The position numbers were made by a program, and so were the translations under genes. Below the pieces are notes generated by a model. It saw nothing but the letters and a program-made list of their open reading frames with translations, was not told where the DNA came from and did not search any database. This document shows positions 8,799-16,719 of a DNA stretch of 64,000 nucleotides, one piece after another; within the stretch, counting starts at the first letter, position 1, and every line of letters starts with the position of its first letter. This DNA comes from Candidatus Woesearchaeota archaeon (GTDB lineage Archaea > Nanobdellota > Nanobdellia > Pacearchaeales > GW2011-AR1): the NCBI GenBank assembly GCA_964576755.1, contig CAZNUV010000002.1, forward strand, positions 9,052-73,051, read 5' to 3'.

Positions 8799-8836
8799 CA
8801 AGATTTAAATACTTCTTTATTTTATTTTAAATATGT

Positions 8837-8885
8837 GTACTGACAGAATTACGTATATGAATTGGAATTCTTGTTTAGTCAGTAC
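8837..8885. other. Extended imperfect hairpin in the tyrS-downstream spacer
   Basis: GTACTGAC-AGAATT (15-nt loop) AATTCT-tgttta-GTCAGTAC gives 14 bp in total with one 6-nt bulge. Confidence 0.3.
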
Positions 8886-8941
8886 TTTATTTGGCTTATT
8901 TATTAAACATTAAACACCGGCGTTTTTTCTCCTCCTTTCTC

Positions 8942-9349
8942 ATGGGACCTGAATCCAATGCCGGCGTGCAGGCATCTATAGATTTGAATCTTTCAAGAGA
9001 TTGTTTAGAATGTGGTTATGAAATTCATCAACCTCTTTGTCCAGATTGTATTTCTCGACAATTTAAAGCTTGGATTGCACAGTATCCTAAGATTGAAAAA
9101 AAAGCTTTATCAAAATTAAAAAAATTTATGAAAGAACACCAGAATATTAAAGGAGAGTATTCTCGTTGTGTTTGTTGCGGATCTAAAAAAGTGAATATCT
9201 GTCCTTATTGTTTTACAGAATTTTTACATGAGTTATTAAAATTAGAAAAAGCATCACAAAAGGTTATTGGAGAGTTTTTGTTTTTATTTAATTTTGATTT
9301 TGAACATAATGGTTATTATCAGGAGGGCGAGGACATAGGGGTATTTTAG
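8942..9349 (+). CDS. Zinc-finger protein, hypothetical (two CxxC...CxxC knuckles)
   Basis: CLECGYEIHQPLCPDC and CVCCGSKKVNICPYC. The ORF track starts at TTG 8891. ATG 8942 is the first ATG. The start is uncertain because no TATA sits at the usual spacing. Confidence 0.4.
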   Translation: MGPESNAGVQASIDLNLSRDCLECGYEIHQPLCPDCISRQFKAWIAQYPKIEKKALSKLKKFMKEHQNIKGEYSRCVCCGSKKVNICPYCFTEFLHELLKLEKASQKVIGEFLFLFNFDFEHNGYYQEGEDIGVF

Positions 9350-9383
9350 GAATGTTTTAAAGTAGGATTGTTTTCTGTTATTT

Positions 9384-10274
9384 ATGAAGCAATCAGTAAA
9401 AAACAAGACAAAAAAAGTAAGAAGCAGAATCAAGAAAAAGGCAGTTGTACTTTATTCTGGAGGTCTTGATTCTCGGTTAGTTGTAAAATTATTACAAAAA
9501 AAAGGTTATGAGATTTATGCATTATATTTTGATTTACCTTTTGGATGTAATGCTTGTGTTAAAAAATTAAACTTGCCTGAAATAAAAAAATTAAAAATTT
9601 TTAATTGTAAAAAAGGAAGACTTTTGAAGGAATATCTTGGAGTTATAGAAAAACCAAGGCATGGTACTGGGACTAGTATAAATCCTTGTAAAGATTGTAA
9701 GATTTTTATGTTTAAACACGCAAAAAAATATGCAGATAAACATAAGATTAAAGGGATTGCAACAGGAGAAGTTGTTGGACAAAGGCCAATGAGTCAAACA
9801 AGAAACGCTATGAATATTATTGATAAACAACTTAATTTTAAATTAACTAGGCCATTAACTGATATGGGTTTTCAAGGAAGACAGAGACAAAAGCAAATAC
9901 GCCTTGCTAAAAAATTTAAAATAAATTATCCTACTCCTGCTGGTGGTTGTTTATTGTGTGAAAAGATTCCTGGTAAAAGAATAAAATTCTTGCTAGACAA
10001 AAATTTGATAGATGAAAAAACATTAAAATTAGCAATGCTTGCTAGACATTTTTTTATCTCAAATATATGGTTTGTCGTCGGTAGAGATGAAAAAGAAAAC
10101 AGCATTATTGAAACTTTTTCCTCTAAAAACAGAATTTTGTCTGGAAGAGGAAAACCAGCTGTTTTTTATGATAAATCAGCAGCAAGTGCAAAAAAAATTG
10201 CCTTGGAATTACAAAAGATTTATTCAAAAGGTAGAAAAATAAGTGCTAAAAAGTTTGAAAAGTTTAGAGTTTGA
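9384..10274 (+). CDS. PP-loop ATP pyrophosphatase, probable tRNA sulfurtransferase (TtuA/ThiI-like)
   Basis: 296 aa. PP-loop VVLYSGGLDS, then INPCKDCK...IATGEVVGQRPMSQT, and later GGCLLCEK (candidate Fe-S/Zn ligands). Confidence 0.6.
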   Translation: MKQSVKNKTKKVRSRIKKKAVVLYSGGLDSRLVVKLLQKKGYEIYALYFDLPFGCNACVKKLNLPEIKKLKIFNCKKGRLLKEYLGVIEKPRHGTGTSINPCKDCKIFMFKHAKKYADKHKIKGIATGEVVGQRPMSQTRNAMNIIDKQLNFKLTRPLTDMGFQGRQRQKQIRLAKKFKINYPTPAGGCLLCEKIPGKRIKFLLDKNLIDEKTLKLAMLARHFFISNIWFVVGRDEKENSIIETFSSKNRILSGRGKPAVFYDKSAASAKKIALELQKIYSKGRKISAKKFEKFRV

Positions 10275-10284
10275 TTTGTTTTTC

Positions 10285-11631
10285 TTATTTTGAAATTCTT
10301 GGAAGGTATAACTCAAAAATAAATTGTTCTTGGGCTTTTGGATCACACCATGCTCCAGTTAATAATGCAGAAAGAGCTTTATCTTCGGGGATTTTTTCTT
10401 GTTTTAATTTTTTCATTAATTTGTTGGTTCTTTTTTCCCCAAAAAAGTATGTAAGGTGTTGGAATGTTTCTGAATTTTCTTGGTCTCCTAATAGATACCA
10501 ATCTGAACAAAATTGTTTTATTTTTGTTAATTCTGATATTTTTCTACGTCCCTCATTTTTTGCATATGAAGAAACACTTTTTTCAGAATTATATAATTTA
10601 AAGAATTCTATTTCAAAAACCTCTTTTGCTAATTGCATCATTTTATTTGCAACATAGGTTTTTGATTTTAAGTTTATTCTATTAAAATCCTCTGTAGATA
10701 GATTATACTTTGAAAGATTATCTTTAGCAACCCTTAACCAATTTTTTTCTAATTCCATTGCAACTCCTTCACTATTAATTCCATGAACTTGGCAGATATA
10801 ATGAATCATACTTGGAGCAAGGCCTTCGGGCATTGTTTGTTTAGACATTATTGAATTGAGTCCATGGCCCAATTCGTGAATTACTATTGGATAAATTGCT
10901 GCATCATATAATTTATATCTGTTTGTAGAATCCCTAAAATAGATAAATCTTCCAGGATCTACTGCAACAATCCTATTAGAATCATCCCACCAACTAAACG
11001 CCCCCCTACTCCAGTCAACTTCTATAAAAAAATCCCCTTCTTGCTTTAGGACCCCCTTTTCCTTATAAAAATCGATTGCATCTTGTTTTTTTGTTTCTAA
11101 ATTTTCTTCTATTTCTTGTCTTATCTTCTTAAAAATCTCTCGATTTGAAGTAGAGACAATTGCAGGATCTAATCTTACTATAGACATATCTAACATCATT
11201 TCAGAATATTCATGGATTAATTTGTGTGGATAGTTTTTTGGAGTAACTGAATTTAAGATAGAGGTATATGCACATTTTCCAAACATTCCTTCTAAGGCCT
11301 TCCCAATAGATACATCTTTCTCTATATTATGGGTAAAATCATAATAAGTTTCCATACTTTGAACATTTGCATTAATATCTTGTAAAACAAGCCGATCAAA
11401 TAAATTTAGATTTTTCTTGTTAATTCTGTTTGAAGATCTCTTAATAGACTCAAGATAAGATTTGGTTTTTTCAAGAGTATATTTACTTAGATAAATAAAA
11501 GGATCCCCACAACTTTGAAACCATGAGAGAGTTATGTTCCTATTCATATCTGACCTCTTTTTGTCAAGGTTTCTTATAGATTGACTTGAAATCTCCCATT
11601 TTGGGGCATATTTAAATTCAAATTCTTGCAT
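10285..11631 (-). CDS. Putative zinc metallopeptidase (single HExxH), family not recognised
   Basis: 448 aa with VIHELGHGLN. The opposite-strand ORF 10271-10657 is a shadow. Confidence 0.45.
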   Translation of the reverse strand: MQEFEFKYAPKWEISSQSIRNLDKKRSDMNRNITLSWFQSCGDPFIYLSKYTLEKTKSYLESIKRSSNRINKKNLNLFDRLVLQDINANVQSMETYYDFTHNIEKDVSIGKALEGMFGKCAYTSILNSVTPKNYPHKLIHEYSEMMLDMSIVRLDPAIVSTSNREIFKKIRQEIEENLETKKQDAIDFYKEKGVLKQEGDFFIEVDWSRGAFSWWDDSNRIVAVDPGRFIYFRDSTNRYKLYDAAIYPIVIHELGHGLNSIMSKQTMPEGLAPSMIHYICQVHGINSEGVAMELEKNWLRVAKDNLSKYNLSTEDFNRINLKSKTYVANKMMQLAKEVFEIEFFKLYNSEKSVSSYAKNEGRRKISELTKIKQFCSDWYLLGDQENSETFQHLTYFFGEKRTNKLMKKLKQEKIPEDKALSALLTGAWCDPKAQEQFIFELYLPRISK

Positions 11632-11681
11632 CTTCCTTATTATACTTAATTTCTGATTTATAAAAACTATTATAGCTTAAA

Positions 11682-11951
11682 CTATACTTTATTATTCCTA
11701 TTCCAAATAAAAAATAACCCAATGATAACTAAACAAACAGAGATATTAATACTATAATTAAATATTAATGGCCATCTAAACGCTTTGTATAAGATATATG
11801 TTAATGTTAAGACTTCTCCAGCAAGCCACCACACTATAAATGTTAAAGAAAGTCCAGAAAAATTTTTAGTTTTGATTGTTTTGAATAATTGGGGAAGACC
11901 ACAGGTTGCTAATAAAAACGCTCCAATCCACCCAATAATTTCTATATTCAT
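11682..11951 (-). CDS. PQ-loop / SemiSWEET-like small transporter (89 aa, 3 TM)
   Basis: ATG 11951 lies 19 nt from TTTTTATAAAAAC (the ORF track uses TTG 11996). Three hydrophobic helices. PQ motif in TM1 (ATCGLPQLFKTIKTK). Confidence 0.6.
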   Translation of the reverse strand: MNIEIIGWIGAFLLATCGLPQLFKTIKTKNFSGLSLTFIVWWLAGEVLTLTYILYKAFRWPLIFNYSINISVCLVIIGLFFIWNRNNKV

Positions 11952-12019
11952 TCTTTTATTGGTTATATTGTTTTTATAAAAACTATTATAAATCAAAATA
12001 TACTTTATTGATTGTTAAA

Positions 12020-12526
12020 ATGACATGCAAACAGTGTAAAATAAAACCAGTTTGGGAATTTACAAATCAGAAACAACTTTGTAGAAAATGTTTTATTGAT
12101 TTTTTTGAAAGAAAAATATTTAGGACAATAAGAAAATATGAAATGTTGCCTAAAGATAAAGAGATTAAAATTAAAAAAAGCAATGATTTGAATACAATTG
12201 TTTTAGTTAGTGTTTTACAGAAAAAATTCCAAGTTAAATTTTCAGGAAAAGCAAATTTCTCTTGTGAAAATTTGTCTGATGTTTCTGAGGAAATTTTTTC
12301 AAATGTTTTAAAAGGAAAATTTTTTGGTGTTAAACCAAAACAGGGTGGTTTGTCAAGACCACTTTATCTTCTTTCTGATAATGAAGTAGAATTATATGCA
12401 GGATTAAAAAATATTAAAGGAAAAAAATCAAAAAGAAATAAAAAAATCCAAACTTTGTTTTCAAGATTTTTTAAAAAAAATCCAGATTTAGAACATAATA
12501 TTGTTAATGCTTTTTCTCAGATTTAG
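12020..12526 (+). CDS. Degenerate TtuA/Ncs6-like protein (N-terminal zinc finger retained, PP-loop lost)
   Basis: CKQCKIKPVWEFTNQKQLCRKCFIDFFERKIFRTIRKYEML matches the TtuA N-terminal finger pattern. KKSNDLNT occupies the position where SGGKDS is expected. Only 168 aa from ATG 12020. Confidence 0.45.
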   Translation: MTCKQCKIKPVWEFTNQKQLCRKCFIDFFERKIFRTIRKYEMLPKDKEIKIKKSNDLNTIVLVSVLQKKFQVKFSGKANFSCENLSDVSEEIFSNVLKGKFFGVKPKQGGLSRPLYLLSDNEVELYAGLKNIKGKKSKRNKKIQTLFSRFFKKNPDLEHNIVNAFSQI

Positions 12527-13950
12527 CCTTTCACCACAAGCACCGGTTTAACACGTGCTACAAGCCTTGCAATACCTGTTTTGTCTAAGACAGCAACAAC
12601 TTCATCAATGTCTTTGTAAGCTTGCGGAGCTTCTTCTGAGAGTCCTTTTAGTGAGCCTGATTTAACTTGAATTCCTTTTTTAGCTAGCTCTGATTTAACT
12701 TGTTCTCCTGTCCTTGTTTTAATTGCCTTTGTTCTGCTTTCAACACGACCTGCACCATGTGCAGTACTTGACCACGAGAGAGATTCTGCTTGTTTTGTTC
12801 CAACTAAAACATAAGAAGAAGTTCCCATACTTCCTGGAATAATAACTGGTTGACCTGTTTTTTGATAGTGCTTAGGGAGTTCTTTTCTGTCTGGACCAAA
12901 AGCACGAGTTGCACCTTTTCTCATTATTAAAACTTGCTTTTCTTTTCCTTTTACTATGTGAGTTTCAAATTTAGCAATATTATGACAAACATCATATAAT
13001 ACTTCTGCTTTAAAATTTGGAAAGATTTTTTTCACTGATTCACGCACCCAATGGGTAATCAATTGTTTATTTGCAAAACCAAAATTAGCAGCACAAGACA
13101 TTGCTGAAAAGTATTTTTTTCCTAGCTCACTCTGAATTGGAGCATTTACTAGTTCTCTATCAAATTTAGGGAATCCATATTCTTGTTCCATTAGTTTAAT
13201 ATAATCAGATGCAACTTGGTGTCCTAGACCCCGAGAACCACAATGAATCATAATTGTTATTTGCCCTTTTTTTAAACCCCACTCTTTTGCAATCTTTTTA
13301 TCAAAAATTTCATCAACAATCTGCATTTCTAAGAAGTGGTTTCCAGCTCCGAGCGAGCCGAGTTGAGGCATTCCCCTACCTTTTGCTTTTTGACTTACAT
13401 CTTTTGGGTCTGCCTGTTCCATACAACCCTCTTCTTCTGTATTTTGCCAGTCTTCTTTTTTACCATAACCTTTTTCAACAGCCCATTGAGCTCCGCCTTG
13501 CAAGACTTCATCTAATTCTTTTTGTGTTAATCTAATTTTTCCTTTTACACCAACTCCTGAAGGAGTTGATTCATAAAGTGTATTGAGGATTTTTTCTTTT
13601 TTCCCTTTATCTTGTAAATCTTTTTCTGTTAGATTTGTCTTAAGTAGACGTACAGAGCAGTTAATGTCATAACCAACCCCCCCTGGACTAATGACTCCAG
13701 TGTTGATATCAAAAGCAGCTACTCCACCAATTGGAAAACCATATCCGACGTGTGCATCTGGCATTGCAATACTTGCATTTATAATGCCAGGTAATTTTGC
13801 AACATTCTGAACTTGTTCGAGTGTTATGTCTTGTTTTATATTTTCAATAAGTTTATCACTAGCAAAAACCTTTCCAGGAACATTCATGTCCCTTGTTTTG
13901 GGTATTTCATATTCATGTTCTGATTTTTTGGTTAGTTGTATTTTTGTCAT
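12523..13950 (-). CDS. rtcB: RNA-splicing ligase RtcB
   Basis: 475 aa. GGVGYDINCSVRLL, GAGNHFLE, HCGSRGLGHQVA, STAHGAGR. Confidence 0.95.
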   Translation of the reverse strand: MTKIQLTKKSEHEYEIPKTRDMNVPGKVFASDKLIENIKQDITLEQVQNVAKLPGIINASIAMPDAHVGYGFPIGGVAAFDINTGVISPGGVGYDINCSVRLLKTNLTEKDLQDKGKKEKILNTLYESTPSGVGVKGKIRLTQKELDEVLQGGAQWAVEKGYGKKEDWQNTEEEGCMEQADPKDVSQKAKGRGMPQLGSLGAGNHFLEMQIVDEIFDKKIAKEWGLKKGQITIMIHCGSRGLGHQVASDYIKLMEQEYGFPKFDRELVNAPIQSELGKKYFSAMSCAANFGFANKQLITHWVRESVKKIFPNFKAEVLYDVCHNIAKFETHIVKGKEKQVLIMRKGATRAFGPDRKELPKHYQKTGQPVIIPGSMGTSSYVLVGTKQAESLSWSSTAHGAGRVESRTKAIKTRTGEQVKSELAKKGIQVKSGSLKGLSEEAPQAYKDIDEVVAVLDKTGIARLVARVKPVLVVKG

Positions 13951-14085
13951 ATTTTTAAATAGAATTGGGAGTTTTTAGGGTTTCTGGTGTAGGGAGTTTC
14001 TACAACATTTGGATAATAAAATTCAATAAATCTCCAAAGAAGGGTTTTAGAAAAATTAATAAATTCAACTAATTCCAGTTTATGT

Positions 14086-14934
14086 ATGAAGAAAGAAATA
14101 CAGCAGATTTTTATGAATGAGCTTAAAGAAAAAGTTGTAGATATAAAAGATGTCTCTAGGGGCGTAGACCAAATTGTTAAAATTGTTCAAACTGAAAATT
14201 CTACTTATATAATCAAATTACCTAAAAAAGATGTAGCCGAATTATTAATGAGGGAATATATCGCTTGTAAAAAACTTAATGGGTTAGGTTCTATACCTAA
14301 ATTTGTTGCCAAAAACAACAAATACCTTATTGAGGAGTTTATACCCGGATACCATTTAGATGAGGTTTCTCTTAATTTAACAGAAAAAAAGAACGTTTAC
14401 AAAGAACTTGGGACCATTTTAAAAAAGATTCATTCTATCTCTATGGAGGGTTATGGTTCTGTGGGGGTAGACGGTAAGGGGAAAGATTTAACATTAAAAG
14501 ATAGGGTATTTCATAATAGAAATGAGAACTTAAAGTATTTAAAAGAAAATTTTCTTTTAGAAAAAGAGTATCTACAACTTTTAGATTATTTAAAGAATAA
14601 TGATTTTTATGCCGATTCAAGGGAATCTGTAATGTTGCATTTTGATTTTGCAGAACAAAACATTAAAATTAATAATAAGAAAGTTGTTGGGATTTTAGAT
14701 TTTGGAGATTTATCTGCTGGCCCTCTTGCATTTGATTTAGCAAGATTATTTATTGGTCATTCTGGAGATGATGTTTTTCAATATTTTTTGAAAGGATATG
14801 GTAAGGTTGATTTAAATGAAGTTAAGTATTATTCTGTAATTAATCTATTATGGATGCTTCCCTACCATCACAAAATTAATAAAAATAAAAAGAGAATTGA
14901 ATTAGAATTAAAAGTATTAAATGAGATAATTTAA
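14086..14934 (+). CDS. Phosphotransferase-family kinase (APH/choline-kinase fold)
   Basis: 282 aa. HFDFAEQNIKI (catalytic loop) and ILDFGDLSAGPLAFDLA. Confidence 0.6.
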   Translation: MKKEIQQIFMNELKEKVVDIKDVSRGVDQIVKIVQTENSTYIIKLPKKDVAELLMREYIACKKLNGLGSIPKFVAKNNKYLIEEFIPGYHLDEVSLNLTEKKNVYKELGTILKKIHSISMEGYGSVGVDGKGKDLTLKDRVFHNRNENLKYLKENFLLEKEYLQLLDYLKNNDFYADSRESVMLHFDFAEQNIKINNKKVVGILDFGDLSAGPLAFDLARLFIGHSGDDVFQYFLKGYGKVDLNEVKYYSVINLLWMLPYHHKINKNKKRIELELKVLNEII

Positions 14935-14960
14935 AACAGATTTTTTTAATTATTAATTTT

Positions 14961-15000
14961 TAATCAGCTTGTCCACTTTCTAATCAGCTTGTCCACTTTC
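14961..15000. repeat. Perfect 20-bp tandem duplication (TAATCAGCTTGTCCACTTTC x2)
   Basis: The copies at 14961-14980 and 14981-15000 are identical. The repeat covers the last 6 codons and the stop of the minus-strand gene. Confidence 0.9.
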
Positions 15001-15204
15001 TAATTGATAACACATACGTTCTAAGGATTCTTCATCACCAGATTGACATAATTCATAAGGTGTTTTACCTTCAAATTCATCATTAGGCCTATAAAACCAA
15101 TTAACAATACCCCCCTCAGTTATTACACCTAAAAGCCGATTTGTTATATCTTTTCCTACTAATTTTTCAATATCCTCAATTGTATGTTTTACTTCATCAT
15201 TCAT
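14980..15204 (-). CDS. DUF2384-like (Xre/MbcA/ParS antitoxin C-terminal domain-like) small protein
   Basis: 74 aa. NWFYRPNDEFEGKTPYELCQSGDEESLERMCYQLESG follows the W-x3-PN-x3-G-[KR]-TP-xEL...L-x2-[IL]E-xG pattern of that domain. Confidence 0.5.
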   Translation of the reverse strand: MNDEVKHTIEDIEKLVGKDITNRLLGVITEGGIVNWFYRPNDEFEGKTPYELCQSGDEESLERMCYQLESGQAD

Positions 15205-15254
15205 ACACGATAAAATTATTTATTATATATAAAGATTTATGTGCTTTGAAAGAA

Positions 15255-15674
15255 TTAAACATCTAGAACAACTTGACAAGTCCATTCCTTGGTCTTATCA
15301 TCTTGCTTAACAAACATATTATTGTATGTGACTGCTTTAACATCATTTGTAAAATGATAATTTGAAGCTTTATCTCCTGTGAGTGTTGCTTTAAGAATAA
15401 AACTACTTTTATCTATTTCTAAATCTTTAATTTTTGATACTAGAAATTCTTCTGAATCAAGAACAACAATTATTTCTTCTAAAAATCCATAAAGTAAGCT
15501 TTCTAAATCTTTTCCATTTATTTTAATCTGTTTTTCTTGTTGTTCTAATATTTCTATATTTCCCTTTATTGTTTCTAATAATGCTTGGGCAGATTCTAAA
15601 AAAGCTTCTTCTAGAGTTGAACCAGATGCTTGGAATTTTACATCTGCTGTATGTTCTAAAAAATTATATGACAT
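15255..15674 (-). CDS. Archease (RtcB activator)
   Basis: MSYNFLEHTADVKFQASGSTLEEAF hallmark. The ORF-track start 15746 would overlap dfx, so ATG 15674 is preferred. Confidence 0.85.
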   Translation of the reverse strand: MSYNFLEHTADVKFQASGSTLEEAFLESAQALLETIKGNIEILEQQEKQIKINGKDLESLLYGFLEEIIVVLDSEEFLVSKIKDLEIDKSSFILKATLTGDKASNYHFTNDVKAVTYNNMFVKQDDKTKEWTCQVVLDV

Positions 15675-15702
15675 CTTCTTTTTTATATGGATTTTATGGC
15701 TT

Positions 15703-16071
15703 TTAAACCTTCCATAATCCATGCAAATTGCAATATTCTCTCGCATTAGAGGGTGTAAAACAGAATTCTGCTTCTGGTTTTTGTCCTGGTTTTAAGAAAA
15801 CTATTGATTTTTCTCCTTTTTCAGAAGTAGCTTCAATAAACTCAATGTGGTGTTCTTCTGTCATTGGATGTTCTACACTTCCTACCTTGACTTTATTTCC
15901 TTTAATTACAGGTACATGTTTTTCTCTTTTATTTGGTTCTTGTTCCTGTGTTTTCTCTTGCAAGAATTTCATTGGTTGACCACAACAAACTAACTCGCCC
16001 GGAGCTTCATGTAAAACTTCGACAATATTTCCACATATTTCACATCTATAGATTTGTTTTTGTTTTGTCAT
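15703..16071 (-). CDS. dfx: Desulfoferrodoxin (2Fe superoxide reductase)
   Basis: 122 aa. Desulforedoxin-like [10 protein letters not shown]...LVCCG, then the SOR centre ([21 protein letters not shown]). Confidence 0.9.
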   Translation of the reverse strand: MTKQKQIYRCEICGNIVEVLHEAPGELVCCGQPMKFLQEKTQEQEPNKREKHVPVIKGNKVKVGSVEHPMTEEHHIEFIEATSEKGEKSIVFLKPGQKPEAEFCFTPSNAREYCNLHGLWKV

Positions 16072-16089
16072 TTTTATTTTTTATTAGGT

Positions 16090-16206
16090 TTAATAATTCT
16101 CAGCTAAGACTTCATAATAGGACTGAGGATGTTTACAAGCAGGACATGTTTCTGGAGCTTCAGGACCTTCGTGAACATAACCACAGTTTCTACATTTCCA
16201 CTTCAC
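16090..16206 (-). CDS. rbr: Rubredoxin-like C-terminal domain of rubrerythrin, encoded in the -1 frame relative to the upstream di-iron domain
   Basis: The reverse complement reads (V)KWKCRNCGYVHEGPEAPETCPACKHPQSYYEVLAENY*. This is the canonical rubrerythrin tail, but it is out of frame with 16203-16673. Confidence 0.7.
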   Translation of the reverse strand: MKWKCRNCGYVHEGPEAPETCPACKHPQSYYEVLAENY

Positions 16207-16673
16207 TTTTTTTGTTTTTTTGAAAACTTCATTTTTCTTAATATTTCAAGGAGTTTTCTATATCTTTTTTCATGTTGTTCTTCAACTTCTGCAATTTCTT
16301 TAAATGAGGTTGCAATTTCTGTAAATCCTTCTTTTTTTGCTGTTTTTTCAAATCCCGGATATAGAGATCCCCACTCTTCTTTTTCTCCTTCTGCAGCAGC
16401 TAGTAAGTTTTCCTTTGTTGTTCCTATTTTTCCTGCAGGATAGCTTGATTGTATTTCTAATCCGGTTCCGCCAGATTTTTCTAGATATTGAAAAAATATT
16501 TTTGCATGTTCTTTTTCATTTTCAGCTGTTTCTAAGAATATTGCAGATATTTGTTCAAAACCAGCTTTCTTAGCAACAGATGCAAAATAAGTATATCTAT
16601 TTCTAGCTTGGCTTTCTCCTGCAAATGCCTTTAAAAGATTTTTTTCTGTTTCACTTCCTTTTAATTCTCCCAT
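16203..16673 (-). CDS. rbr: Rubrerythrin, di-iron four-helix-bundle domain (ORF stops prematurely at TGA 16203-16205)
   Basis: 156 aa. GESQARNRYTYFA...ENEKEHAKIF...AEGEKEEW...EVEEQHEKRYRKLLE. Ends ...FSKKQKK* inside an A7-C-A7 run. Confidence 0.85.
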   Translation of the reverse strand: MGELKGSETEKNLLKAFAGESQARNRYTYFASVAKKAGFEQISAIFLETAENEKEHAKIFFQYLEKSGGTGLEIQSSYPAGKIGTTKENLLAAAEGEKEEWGSLYPGFEKTAKKEGFTEIATSFKEIAEVEEQHEKRYRKLLEILRKMKFSKKQKK

Positions 16674-16719
16674 ATTCTATGCAAGTTTTTTAGGTTTTTA
16701 TAGTTTGCTTTAACAGTGT

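Noticed and set aside
14961-15000. Checked whether the 20-bp direct repeat, or any other short repeat, is the edge of a CRISPR array.
   Set aside because: There are only two copies, directly abutting with no spacer, inside the 3' end of a gene. No repeat-spacer periodicity was seen anywhere in the window, and no cas genes are present.
12523-15674. Considered reporting RtcB and archease as an unusual split operon, since they are separated by a kinase gene and the DUF2384-like gene.
   Set aside because: Archease and RtcB are frequently unlinked or loosely linked. Nothing in the sequence marks this spacing as special beyond what is already listed.
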